Both the position numbers and the translations under genes were made by a program. From Sedimentisphaerales bacterium (lineage in GTDB: Bacteria > Planctomycetota > Phycisphaerae > Sedimentisphaerales > SM23-30), in the NCBI GenBank assembly GCA_963666285.1, contig OY762711.1: DNA of 64,000 nt; one strand, 5' to 3'. Positions 52,398 to 61,710 of the stretch are shown here, piece after piece (the stretch's first letter is position 1; every line of letters begins with the position of its first letter). The notes below the pieces were generated by a model. That model saw only the letters and a program-made list of their open reading frames with translations. It was not told the DNA's origin and searched no databases.

Positions 52398-54095
52398 ATG
52401 GAAGTAAAAACAATGATTTTGGAGCATAAGATATCATTTAAGGCTACGGATGACAAGTGTTTTAGAGATAATCTTGCAGGTTTAGATGAATTTAAGCTAA
52501 TCAATATTATAATAGGGAGAAATAATTCTGGGAAATCTGCATTTTTAGATATTCTTTTGCATGACCTTGGAAGTAAAAAATCTGAGTATCAAGATGTAAT
52601 TTTGGAAGAAGATTTGAATAAATTCATAGGAAAAGATAGGCAAGGAAATTACTCAACTGTTGAAATAGCGAAGGTTAGAGAAGCAATACTTGGGCAACCA
52701 TTTAAAGGAGTTTGTAATTCATCAGGAATTACAAATCATTTTGTCTCAAGCGAAGATATCCAAGCTATTCTTGACGAAAAAGGAATAGGAGCAAGTAGGG
52801 AATATTCGATATGTTTAGATGTCTTTGAAAAAGTTAATTTTAATAGAAAAATATCTATATTTAATAAAAAGGCCATACGTAAAGTTGCAGCAGAAAGAAA
52901 TATTATACCTGAACAGCCTGAAGACTTGTCGAAAAGTGTTGGAGTTCATAACGATGGCAAAAACGCAACTTTGGCGATTACTCATCATTATAGTTTTAAG
53001 GGCGGTAAAGTATCATATCTAAAAGATATACTCAACGGGCTTAATGAAATTTTCAATCCCGATTGTAGATTTAATAATATTAAATCTAAGGCAATTGATA
53101 AAACGACATGGGAAGTATGCTTTGAAGAAGAAAATAAAGATGGTGACATTTACTTGAGTCAGTCAGGAAGTGGGATTAAGACAGTTTTACATGTATTGAT
53201 TAGTTTACATATTGGTGTTAGTGAACCAGGAAATGCAGTTTTTTTATATGAAGAACTTGAAAACAATCTTCATCCTCATGTTGTTCGAAATCTTTTCAGA
53301 TATATTGCAAAATATGCAAAAGAGCATAAATCTGTGTTTTTCATAACAACTCACTCTTCTATTCCAATTGATATGTTTAGAGATGACTTAGATGCTCAAA
53401 TAATACACGTAACGCATGATGGCTGCCAAGCTAAAGCTGAGACAATTAGTACTCTATCAAAATATAGTGATATTATTGATGACATAGGTGTTAAAGCTTC
53501 TGATTTATTACAAGCAAATGGAATTGTCTGGTTAGAAGGCCCATCTGATAGAATATATTTTAATAAATGGATAGAGTTATATAGTAACGGAGAATTAAAA
53601 GAACATATAGATTATGAATGTGCTTTTTATGGAGGCTCTAATTTAGCTAGCCATAAAGCTGGAGCAGATGAAGACAACGATTCTATTGACATTTTGAATG
53701 TAAATAGAAATGCGGTTTTAATTGGTGATAGTGATAGAAAAAGTGAAGAGGATACTATTAAACCGAGATTAGCTCGTATTGAGAAACAAATAGATAAAAA
53801 TGGTAAATATATTTGGATTTTAGATGCTAAGGAAATTGAAAATTATATTCCATATGAGTGTGTTAAAACTTTAGCCCAAAAAGGAAGCCCATCTCCAATT
53901 GGTAAATATGAAATTATGTTTACTGATGATGGCTATTTAAATAAATTTGATATCAAATATAGTTATGACAAAGTACGTTTGGCAAAAGAAGTTGTAAAAA
54001 TTATTACAGATAAGGCGTTATTAGAGCCAATTTTTGACTTAGATAAAAAAATGAAAGAGATATGCCTAGAAATTCAAAAGTGGAATAATAGATAA
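52398..54095 (+). CDS. OLD-family ATP-dependent nuclease (ABC ATPase + TOPRIM)
   Basis: Walker A GRNNSGKS, signature SGSG, Walker B/D-loop YEELENNLHP, ITTHS; TOPRIM WLEGPSD, DSD and KEIENY; start refined to the ATG after GAGG. Confidence 0.85.
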   Translation: MEVKTMILEHKISFKATDDKCFRDNLAGLDEFKLINIIIGRNNSGKSAFLDILLHDLGSKKSEYQDVILEEDLNKFIGKDRQGNYSTVEIAKVREAILGQPFKGVCNSSGITNHFVSSEDIQAILDEKGIGASREYSICLDVFEKVNFNRKISIFNKKAIRKVAAERNIIPEQPEDLSKSVGVHNDGKNATLAITHHYSFKGGKVSYLKDILNGLNEIFNPDCRFNNIKSKAIDKTTWEVCFEEENKDGDIYLSQSGSGIKTVLHVLISLHIGVSEPGNAVFLYEELENNLHPHVVRNLFRYIAKYAKEHKSVFFITTHSSIPIDMFRDDLDAQIIHVTHDGCQAKAETISTLSKYSDIIDDIGVKASDLLQANGIVWLEGPSDRIYFNKWIELYSNGELKEHIDYECAFYGGSNLASHKAGADEDNDSIDILNVNRNAVLIGDSDRKSEEDTIKPRLARIEKQIDKNGKYIWILDAKEIENYIPYECVKTLAQKGSPSPIGKYEIMFTDDGYLNKFDIKYSYDKVRLAKEVVKIITDKALLEPIFDLDKKMKEICLEIQKWNNR

Positions 54096-54150
54096 AACCT
54101 TTCAATATTGATTGGATAATTACGGATGGAAAGGAAATAAGGATTAGATA

Positions 54151-54672
54151 ATGAAAAACGAAATCGATGTATATGAGTATATGAATACGATAGTGTCGGA
54201 GTTGGGTAAGGGTGTTTTGCTGACGACTAAGTATGGCGGTCAAGTAAATACGATGTCGATTGCCTGGGGGCAGATAGGTATCGAATGGAATACCTTGATC
54301 TTTACCGCTTTAGTGAGAGTAAGTCGTCATACTCATACGATGCTGGAAGGTAACGGACAGTTTACGGTTAACTTTCCGAATGGGGCAGATGTGAAGAAGA
54401 TAATCGGCTATTGCGGCAGTAAAAGCGGTCGTGATACAGATAAGATAAAAGATATGGGGTTGACCCTGGTTGATGGTGATGCGGTTGATGTGCCGGGGAT
54501 AAAGGAGCTGCCGCTAACGCTGGAGTGTGAGGTTATATATACCCAGCTGCAGGATAAGGATGCGATACCAGCTGTATATAGAGAACAGTTTTACCCGGTT
54601 GGCAGTGGCGGAGAAGGGGATTATCATACGATGTTTTATGGTAAAGTTTTGAAGGCTTATATATTAGAGTGA
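54151..54672 (+). CDS. Flavin reductase-like (flavoredoxin) family protein
   Basis: NTMSIAWG, SRHT, FTVNF, CGSKSGRDTDK, LECEV and HTMFYG. Confidence 0.88.
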   Translation: MKNEIDVYEYMNTIVSELGKGVLLTTKYGGQVNTMSIAWGQIGIEWNTLIFTALVRVSRHTHTMLEGNGQFTVNFPNGADVKKIIGYCGSKSGRDTDKIKDMGLTLVDGDAVDVPGIKELPLTLECEVIYTQLQDKDAIPAVYREQFYPVGSGGEGDYHTMFYGKVLKAYILE

Positions 54673-54743
54673 GGAAAAAAAAGAGGTTAGATGTGATGAG
54701 TTTTTGAAATGCCGCTGCGTGACCCTACTTTGAGGTTAGAAAT

Positions 54744-55496
54744 ATGTCAGATAAAATATGTGAAATTCGAATAGGAAGTCTTTCGAAATGTGCACATGAA
54801 AGCAAATTTAGATTGCCAGAATCTTCTACTGCTTTATGTGCATTTTCAAAACCAATAGAAATATTGATTACAGGAAAAACGACCGTTGGCAGCCCTCCAA
54901 TTAACGAAAGGAATATTAAAGTTTTTGTTGGGAAAGAACTGGAATGGCAAGATTCAAATATTACAGTTAATAATTTCAGAAGTATTTGGCCAGACATTTT
55001 AGAAATCCTGACAAACTTTCGAGATGAGTATTCTTCATTGTTATACATCTCAGGTGACATTCGTCACGATCGAATATTAAGCACTGTTTTCCCATTTATA
55101 CCGATAGAAATGGATAATATTTATATTAGCGAAATCAAAAATACTACACCTAACCCTTTTAGTCTGGATGCTAGAATTTGTTTTGAATATCAGTATGATA
55201 GTTTTTGTAAATTTGTCGGGCCAAAAGGGTTTCAATATACACTGGGAGTGATGTTTATCATGGGATTAATTGTCCATAAATCTTCAATTAATCAGTTTTT
55301 AGATATTGATTTTACAGATATAAATAATCTTGAAAAGACATTATTAAATGACAATGTCTTTTGTTGGTGGCTTCCAGACAGAGATTTGGAAGCAATAAAT
55401 ATTTGGCATAGAGAACTTTCAGCTGAAGAATTACTTATTCCAATAAAAGAAATGATTGAAAATAAACACAATTTTTCTGTTACTGTTTTTGATTAA
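54744..55496 (+). CDS. Hypothetical protein
   Basis: 250-codon AT-rich ORF with GAGG RBS; no motif recognised. Confidence 0.6.
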   Translation: MSDKICEIRIGSLSKCAHESKFRLPESSTALCAFSKPIEILITGKTTVGSPPINERNIKVFVGKELEWQDSNITVNNFRSIWPDILEILTNFRDEYSSLLYISGDIRHDRILSTVFPFIPIEMDNIYISEIKNTTPNPFSLDARICFEYQYDSFCKFVGPKGFQYTLGVMFIMGLIVHKSSINQFLDIDFTDINNLEKTLLNDNVFCWWLPDRDLEAINIWHRELSAEELLIPIKEMIENKHNFSVTVFD

Positions 55497-55540
55497 CAAG
55501 TATGCAACATCGGCTGTATACAGAGAGCAGTTTTCCCCGG
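55496..55540 (+). repeat. Diverged duplicate of a 45-bp piece of the flavin reductase gene (54554-54598)
   Basis: Ungapped manual alignment, 36/45 identities. Confidence 0.75.
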
Positions 55541-55641
55541 CGGGATTTTATTTAACCATTAAATTGACGAAATTAACAAAAAATCTTTGCGGACTTTAAT
55601 TTAATGGTGATTGTGTATAATAGAATAGTTTGAGGGAACAA

Positions 55642-56274
55642 ATGGGTTGTGACTGGTATAGAAATGAAGAATGGAATGATAATATTGAAAAAGCTTTTTT
55701 TGACAGATTAAACCGGTCCAGAGGTCAATTTCATAAAGCTCAATATTTGCGAATTCAAGCGGTATGTCTTGAAAAAGAGGAACCAGAAGTTGCCTTAAGA
55801 TTGTTAGATTTAATTATAAGCGAATATCCGGAACCGTCCGAATTGGCTTTGGTGTATTTTCAAAAAGCAGAATGTTATGTGTCTTTATCTATGCTTGATA
55901 ACGCTGTTTATTGGTATAGAAAGTCGCTTGATCAAGAGAGTGTATATAAGAATGTTAAAACGGATTGCTATCTTAATTATTCAGTCTTTGCAGTGACTTT
56001 TGAATTGGAAGAGTTATACCAGGAAGTTAAAAAGATACTTCTTTCCAATACGGAAAGATTAAAGTTCCCTGTTGATCGTTACCGGTATCATATGTCACTA
56101 TCCATTATAGAATGGGAGCAAGGAGATTGTTTAAAAGCAAAAGAACATGCCGGTTTGGCTCTTGATGCAATTTCAAATGAATATTCCGGATTTCGATACC
56201 ATTCAAAGGTTGGATTAGTTGGAAACCCTGATAACAGAATAGTTAATAAATTGCTAGAAATTTTACATTCATAG
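55642..56274 (+). CDS. Hypothetical all-helical TPR-like protein
   Basis: ATG after GAGGG; TPR-like pattern LALVYFQKAECY...AVYWYRKSL. Confidence 0.65.
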   Translation: MGCDWYRNEEWNDNIEKAFFDRLNRSRGQFHKAQYLRIQAVCLEKEEPEVALRLLDLIISEYPEPSELALVYFQKAECYVSLSMLDNAVYWYRKSLDQESVYKNVKTDCYLNYSVFAVTFELEELYQEVKKILLSNTERLKFPVDRYRYHMSLSIIEWEQGDCLKAKEHAGLALDAISNEYSGFRYHSKVGLVGNPDNRIVNKLLEILHS

Positions 56275-56302
56275 CGAATTATGTTTTTGTTATGCGGTGC
56301 AT

Positions 56303-56340
56303 AAAAAAAATGGAGAATGTGCTTTAGGGCACAAACTCCA
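56303..56340 (-). terminator. Intrinsic terminator on the minus strand (DUF1080 operon or candidate sRNA)
   Basis: TGGAGTTTGTGC-loop-GCACATTCTCCA followed by a T-run on the minus strand. Confidence 0.65.
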
Positions 56341-56487
56341 CTTTGCTTTTTGTGATATAATAACCCTTACACCGCCCATTCCTCCAAAAGGAGGTAATGG
56401 GTCGGCTAAAGGTGAATTCGAGGTGGTTGTAGAGTTTTTTTTTATCTATAACCAGTCTATTATGAAGCTAAAACTAATATGTTGTTG

Positions 56488-58620
56488 TTATTGCTTTAAT
56501 GGCAGAATTCTGATATTACGGAATTCGACATAGTCGCCGTGACCGAGGAACCCGATATGTCCGGTTTTATTGAACAGTCCGGGGTGTTCTGTACCAGAGA
56601 TAATACCGTCTTTGGTAGCTTCCTTGAGGTTGGCATCTACGATGGTCGTACCGTTTAGTATAACCTTAATATCATCGCCGTTTGCGATAACTTCCTCAGT
56701 ATTCCACTGGCCGACCGGGTTGAGGAACCCGCGTTTGGCCGGGTATATGCCGTAGATAGATCCATGATACTGCCAGTCGTGCAGGTTGGAGTATTTAGCG
56801 GCAGTATTGTCTAGTATCTGAAGCTCCATGCCGACATAGGCCGCATCACCTTCGAGCGGTGCTCGGATGCCCAGGCCGTTGTTGGAGCCAGGTTCAAGTT
56901 TGAAATCGAACCTGAGTATGAAGTTATCATATTCTTTTTCGGTGTAGATATTTCTGCCGGTATCTTTACGACAGAAGATAACACCGTCTTTTACGCCGTA
57001 GCTGTTGGTAGATCCGACCCAACCGGTGAGGTCGGTGCCGTTGAACAGTTGTACGAAGCCCTGTTTCTTTTCTTCGGCAGTGAGTACATTCTGCGTTTCG
57101 CCGTTTTGCAGTTCGCGGATAAATATATTCCTGAAGCGAGCTTTGCTGGTGTCGAAGCCAACTCCGCCTGGATGTACCTGAAGGCAGATAGTCCCTTCAG
57201 TAGGTACGTTCTTTGTAGATTCAGCGGTATGCTGGAAGTCAGTGATGAGTTTATCGTTCAGCCATACCTTGATATGAGCAGGTTCGCCAACGCAGGTGAT
57301 TCTCAGCTTGTTCCACTGGTCTTTCTTGAACTGTTTGACACCGTCAGGGCAGTGGTGTACGAAATTCTGAGTCCATGGGCAGTATATACCGCCGACTTCA
57401 CCGCCGTCACGATAGTCAAGTGTTACCTGATGGCTTTTACCGTGCGGACCGACTCTCAGGAATATACCACTGTCGAAAGGCCAGTCAATTTTAGTTTCCA
57501 GAGTAAGTTCGAAATTGCGGAATGTGTCGAGTGTAGTTAAAAATCCTCCTCCGCCTGGTGGGTCCTGCATGCCAACGATAGCATTATCTTCTACGAACCA
57601 TTTTCCCTTAGGCTGGTTGTTGTCACCGGGCAGCTTGTCGTGCAGTTTCCACCCGGTAAGGTCTTTGCCGTTAAAGAGAGATGCATATCCTTGCGGGGCA
57701 ATGTTGCCGGTTTCGACATATTTTGTGCCGGTAGCTTCGAGCAGGGTAATTTTAGCCGCGTTACGGATATTATCGGCGACACCGTTGGTGTTCAATATTT
57801 TAGTGCAAATCTGCTCGCAAAGGTCTTTTGCCCCGTTTTCGGCCAGCCTGGCAGCATAAGAAAGGTAGAGCGAACTGTATTTAGCACGTTTGTATGGATC
57901 GGCATCGTTAGCGGCATCTTCGAGAATGGATTTGGAAGATGGGTCACCGATTTTCGCCAGTGCGTGTAGTGAGGTTACCCTCAATTTTTCATTTTGGCTT
58001 TTGGCGTACCCGGAAATAGCCGGAATTGCGGCAGATGACTTTAGTTCGCCCAGTGCCTGGATAATGAAAGGTTTGCATGAATCGTCAGCAGAGTTCATTG
58101 CCAGCAGAAATACTTTTTCAATTTTCGGATCATTGATAGTTAATAATGCCCGTGCTGCATAGTCGGCGAGATATTGATCGTTTAATAAAGTTCCAAGGGT
58201 TTTAATCGTTTTTGCCGAGCCGACATACTGAAGCTGTCTTATTAAGAAAGCCTTGTTGGTGTCATCCGGAATTATAGTCAAGGCATATAAAAGTGCAGTT
58301 TCATATTTACGTGTTTCCCTGGAATTGGAATTGCGAGCCAGAAGGTTAGTCATCGCATTTAAGCCGAACAGGGCACTGTTGTCATTGACCTGGTCGGCAG
58401 GTTTCAGCATTTTAGCGAGTAGAATGGTTGAGTCCGGGTTGAGTTTTGCGAGTTCATTTGCCAGCTTGTCGGCAGAACCGGAATCCTGGGTCGGCATCTG
58501 GCTGACGATTTCAATTACTTTTGCCTGGACATCCTTGCTGATTTTTGAGTCAGGTTGTGAACATCCACAGAAAAATGCCAGCATGATTAGCGGCAGAATT
58601 AGATATTTGTATTGTTTCAT
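56488..58620 (-). CDS. Lipoprotein with HEAT repeats and two DUF1080 (3-keto-disaccharide hydrolase-like) domains
   Basis: Lipobox FFCGC; ALGELKS/ALAKIGDP HEAT repeats; LFNG.DLTGW twice, DSGIFLR / NNGLGIR, ELQILD, G.I.LQVH / GHIGFLGH and FRNI. Confidence 0.88.
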   Translation of the reverse strand: MKQYKYLILPLIMLAFFCGCSQPDSKISKDVQAKVIEIVSQMPTQDSGSADKLANELAKLNPDSTILLAKMLKPADQVNDNSALFGLNAMTNLLARNSNSRETRKYETALLYALTIIPDDTNKAFLIRQLQYVGSAKTIKTLGTLLNDQYLADYAARALLTINDPKIEKVFLLAMNSADDSCKPFIIQALGELKSSAAIPAISGYAKSQNEKLRVTSLHALAKIGDPSSKSILEDAANDADPYKRAKYSSLYLSYAARLAENGAKDLCEQICTKILNTNGVADNIRNAAKITLLEATGTKYVETGNIAPQGYASLFNGKDLTGWKLHDKLPGDNNQPKGKWFVEDNAIVGMQDPPGGGGFLTTLDTFRNFELTLETKIDWPFDSGIFLRVGPHGKSHQVTLDYRDGGEVGGIYCPWTQNFVHHCPDGVKQFKKDQWNKLRITCVGEPAHIKVWLNDKLITDFQHTAESTKNVPTEGTICLQVHPGGVGFDTSKARFRNIFIRELQNGETQNVLTAEEKKQGFVQLFNGTDLTGWVGSTNSYGVKDGVIFCRKDTGRNIYTEKEYDNFILRFDFKLEPGSNNGLGIRAPLEGDAAYVGMELQILDNTAAKYSNLHDWQYHGSIYGIYPAKRGFLNPVGQWNTEEVIANGDDIKVILNGTTIVDANLKEATKDGIISGTEHPGLFNKTGHIGFLGHGDYVEFRNIRILPLKQ

Positions 58621-58741
58621 AGTATATTTCCAGTAATTTAGTGTATTTAATATTAGTACGCTTCGTACTTCTTATTTTTCAACATTATCCTTGAAGGCCT
58701 ATAGACGATATTTGCAACGATAATAGTGCGATAGAAAAGTA

Positions 58742-60040
58742 TTATATCGTCCATGGAGCCCGCATAGGCTGTTTGATCATGCGGTTAGCCTGATCGTCGT
58801 TGATAAACAACTGTTTCTCCGGGTCAAATTTAAGGTTTCTGCCGAGTCTGACCGCGATTATGGCCATGTTGACAAGGGTACATGAACGGTGGCCGTTTTC
58901 TTCGTTAAGGGCGAATTTTTTGCGGGTGCGAACAGATTCGTTGAAATTAGTTATAACCGGTGGCAGGTCAGGCAGTTCGGCAACCTTTTCCTTGATGTTT
59001 GGAATATCAGATTTGAAATCTTTGTATAATTTTCCATTGCTTCCTTCAACGAAAGCAGCTTTTTTGTCGCGGTTATCACCATCAAGTACAATCTGGCAGC
59101 CATCGGCATATTTGAAAACAACTCTACGCCATGGTTTAGCAGCGTCCGGGTGTTGCTGTTGAGTTTCAACCAGAACTTCTACCGGGCTGGTATTGTCTTT
59201 GCCGAGAATGAACTGTGCCGGGTCGAGGTAATGCTGGCCCATATCGCCAAGCCCGCCGCCGTCATAGTCCCAGTATCCGCGGAACGAAGCATGTACCCTG
59301 TGCGGATGGTAAGGTTTTACCGGAGCCGGTCCGAGCCACATGTCATAGTCCAGGCAATCCGGTACCGGCTGGGCGGTAAGGTCGGTTTTGCCACTCCAGT
59401 AATCCAGTTTCCAGTTAAGTCCTGTGGTTTCGCTGATAGTGATCTTTAGCGGCCATCCAAGCATGCCTGAATCTACCAGTTTCTTGGTTGGTCGCACCTC
59501 TGCGCCTGTGCCGTCATTTGTATTGTATCCACCAGCAAAACCGCTTCTGAATCTGAACCATGTATTAAGTCTCAGAACGCGTCCGTTTCGCTTGACAGCT
59601 TCAACGACCTTCTGGCCTTCGTATATGGTACGTGTAAATGGTTTTTCGCACCAGATGTCTTTGCCGGCGTTGGCAGCTGCAATAGCCATTAAGCCGTGCC
59701 AGTGAGGAGGGGTTACTACGTGAACCACATCGATATCCGGGCGGGCGAGCATCTCACGGAAATCATGGTAGCCTTTACACCCGTTACCTGCCTTGTTGAG
59801 TGCGTTCTTCAAATGGTTGGAATCTACATCGCAAACGGCGAGCAGCTCACCTTCCGGGTCGTTTTTGACATAGTCGATATGCCCCATTCCCATCATGCCG
59901 GTACCAATGATACCATGACAGATTTTTTCACTTGGTGCGATAAATCCATTACCGCCAAGAACGTGCCTGGGGATAATTGAGAATGCCCCAACAGACAGAA
60001 GCGATTGTTTGATAAATGTTCGACGATTGCTTTTGCTCAT
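58742..60040 (-). CDS. Gfo/Idh/MocA family oxidoreductase with Tat signal
   Basis: SNRRTFIK twin-arginine signal; GIIGTGMMG, TPPHWH, CEKP, WLGPAP and DMGQH. Confidence 0.92.
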   Translation of the reverse strand: MSKSNRRTFIKQSLLSVGAFSIIPRHVLGGNGFIAPSEKICHGIIGTGMMGMGHIDYVKNDPEGELLAVCDVDSNHLKNALNKAGNGCKGYHDFREMLARPDIDVVHVVTPPHWHGLMAIAAANAGKDIWCEKPFTRTIYEGQKVVEAVKRNGRVLRLNTWFRFRSGFAGGYNTNDGTGAEVRPTKKLVDSGMLGWPLKITISETTGLNWKLDYWSGKTDLTAQPVPDCLDYDMWLGPAPVKPYHPHRVHASFRGYWDYDGGGLGDMGQHYLDPAQFILGKDNTSPVEVLVETQQQHPDAAKPWRRVVFKYADGCQIVLDGDNRDKKAAFVEGSNGKLYKDFKSDIPNIKEKVAELPDLPPVITNFNESVRTRKKFALNEENGHRSCTLVNMAIIAVRLGRNLKFDPEKQLFINDDQANRMIKQPMRAPWTI

Positions 60041-60342
60041 AATTGATAGCTCCGAATTGTTACCTGTAATGGTTATTGTTCGTTATCTGCAGATGATATG
60101 TTGTTAGCGTATTAAAATACATTTTATGCAGATAAGGAGTGTATGTTTAACGTCATTATCATTATATTTCATATATATGTATAATAAATACCATTTTCGG
60201 TTTATTTTTCTCCATATCTTGCATATAATAGGAGTGAGGCATAGTCGTTGGCTTCGTCTATAGCAGTGTGATTTTTGGCATAGAAAGTGTAGTCAGGTAG
60301 AAAGAATTAATGGCGTTAATATTGAAGCCCGGAGGTTGTGAA

Positions 60343-61506
60343 TTGTTGAAGCTGCTCAAAATATTGCTGATTGTGGAGTCTTCACGTACATGCGAGCGAG
60401 ATTTTTTGCGTGGTATTGCCCGTTATGCGCGTATGCATGGCCCGTGGACGTTCTATCATAAGCCAAAGTTTTATTTGCGGTCAGACAGTCGGGCGATTTC
60501 CATCTCGCAGATAAAAAGTTTTGAACCGGACGGCATAATAGTGTCAGATGTTGAGAATATAGACAAGATACTGGCATTTAATGTGCCGACAGTCATTCAT
60601 ACATTCAAGAAGAATACCTATGATTTGCCGATGGTGTTGGGCGATACGGAGAAGGCAGGGCGGCTGGGTGCCGAGCATTTGCTGGGGTTGGGACATAAGA
60701 ATTTTGCATTTTGCGGGATGGGAGATTATTACTGGTCGAGAGACCGTTACGAGTATTATAGACGTGCTGTCGAGGAGAATGGGTTTTCTGTGTCGTATTT
60801 TGAGTTGAATCCGAGACGGATAAGAGTAGCGAGAGAGTCAGAGCTTCAGTCGCTGGCTAAATGGCTGAAGAGTTTACCGAAACCGGTAGGTATGATGACT
60901 TGTGCTGATGACTGTTCGCAGCATGTAGTAGAGGCCTGTAAATCGGTTGATATTCGGATACCGGAACAAGTGAGTATAGTTGGTGTCGATAACGATGATA
61001 TGATCTGCGAGCTTTCTGACCCGCCGCTGACGAGTATAAGTATGAATTTTGAGGCGGCCGGGTATCAAACGGCTGTATTGCTGGGACAGTTGATAGAAAA
61101 AGGGAAAACAGGTCAGAGATGTATTACGGTAGAACCGACCCATGTTGAGGTGCGTACTTCGAGTAATATTAATGCTATCGCCGATTCGGATGTGGCAGCT
61201 GCGGTGAGATATATTCAGAATCATGCCAGTCAGCAGCTGCAGGTATCGGATATTATGAAGCATGTTGCCTGTTGTCAGAGGCTGCTGCATGATAAATTTA
61301 AGCAGCATCTGGGCAGGAGTATCCATTCGGAGATAAAAAGAGTGCGGATCGAGAAAATAGCCGCGATGCTGCGTGATACCGAACTGTCAGTTTCGCAGAT
61401 AGCGGTCAGGCTTGGTTATATGAACGCGAATCATTTATCAAGATATTTTAAGCAGCAGATGGGTACGACGCCTTTGGCATACAGAAAAAGTGTGAATCCG
61501 GGGTGA
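60343..61506 (+). CDS. XylR-type regulator (periplasmic-binding-protein fold + AraC HTH)
   Basis: LRGIARYA, IPEQVSIVGVDND..CELSDPPLTSI and C-terminal AraC HTH (LGY....LSRYFK..G.TP..YR); TTG start after GGAGG (alternative start 60310). Confidence 0.88.
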   Translation: MLKLLKILLIVESSRTCERDFLRGIARYARMHGPWTFYHKPKFYLRSDSRAISISQIKSFEPDGIIVSDVENIDKILAFNVPTVIHTFKKNTYDLPMVLGDTEKAGRLGAEHLLGLGHKNFAFCGMGDYYWSRDRYEYYRRAVEENGFSVSYFELNPRRIRVARESELQSLAKWLKSLPKPVGMMTCADDCSQHVVEACKSVDIRIPEQVSIVGVDNDDMICELSDPPLTSISMNFEAAGYQTAVLLGQLIEKGKTGQRCITVEPTHVEVRTSSNINAIADSDVAAAVRYIQNHASQQLQVSDIMKHVACCQRLLHDKFKQHLGRSIHSEIKRVRIEKIAAMLRDTELSVSQIAVRLGYMNANHLSRYFKQQMGTTPLAYRKSVNPG

Positions 61507-61710
61507 TAGAGCGATTACATGGTGGGGAAAGCGAAAAAGGTTGCATTGTTGTATCTCTTTGTTATTTATGGGTTTATGGGAGCTGGGGTTTTGTCGGCAT
61601 TAATGAATGGTCTTCTTTGCTTGCAATTTGTGTGAGATTCTACTAATATATGCGTTTTCTCTTGCCGGAGGGCAGGGGAGTATAACTCTATATATTATAC
61701 GGAGATAAAA

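Noticed and set aside
54673..55500. Integron attC sites around the orphan gene (GTTAG before, TAACAA after)
   Set aside because: No complementary R''/R' and L boxes forming a full attC hairpin; no intI in the window; the downstream sequence is better explained as a duplicated gene fragment.
56297..56533. 78-aa ORF across the structured spacer
   Set aside because: GTG start with no RBS, runs through terminator hairpins and overlaps the convergent gene.
61507..61710. ZTP or glycine riboswitch upstream of glyA
   Set aside because: Only a single hairpin (CTCTTGCC/GGCAGGGG); no GACTGGCG...CGCCTGGG core.
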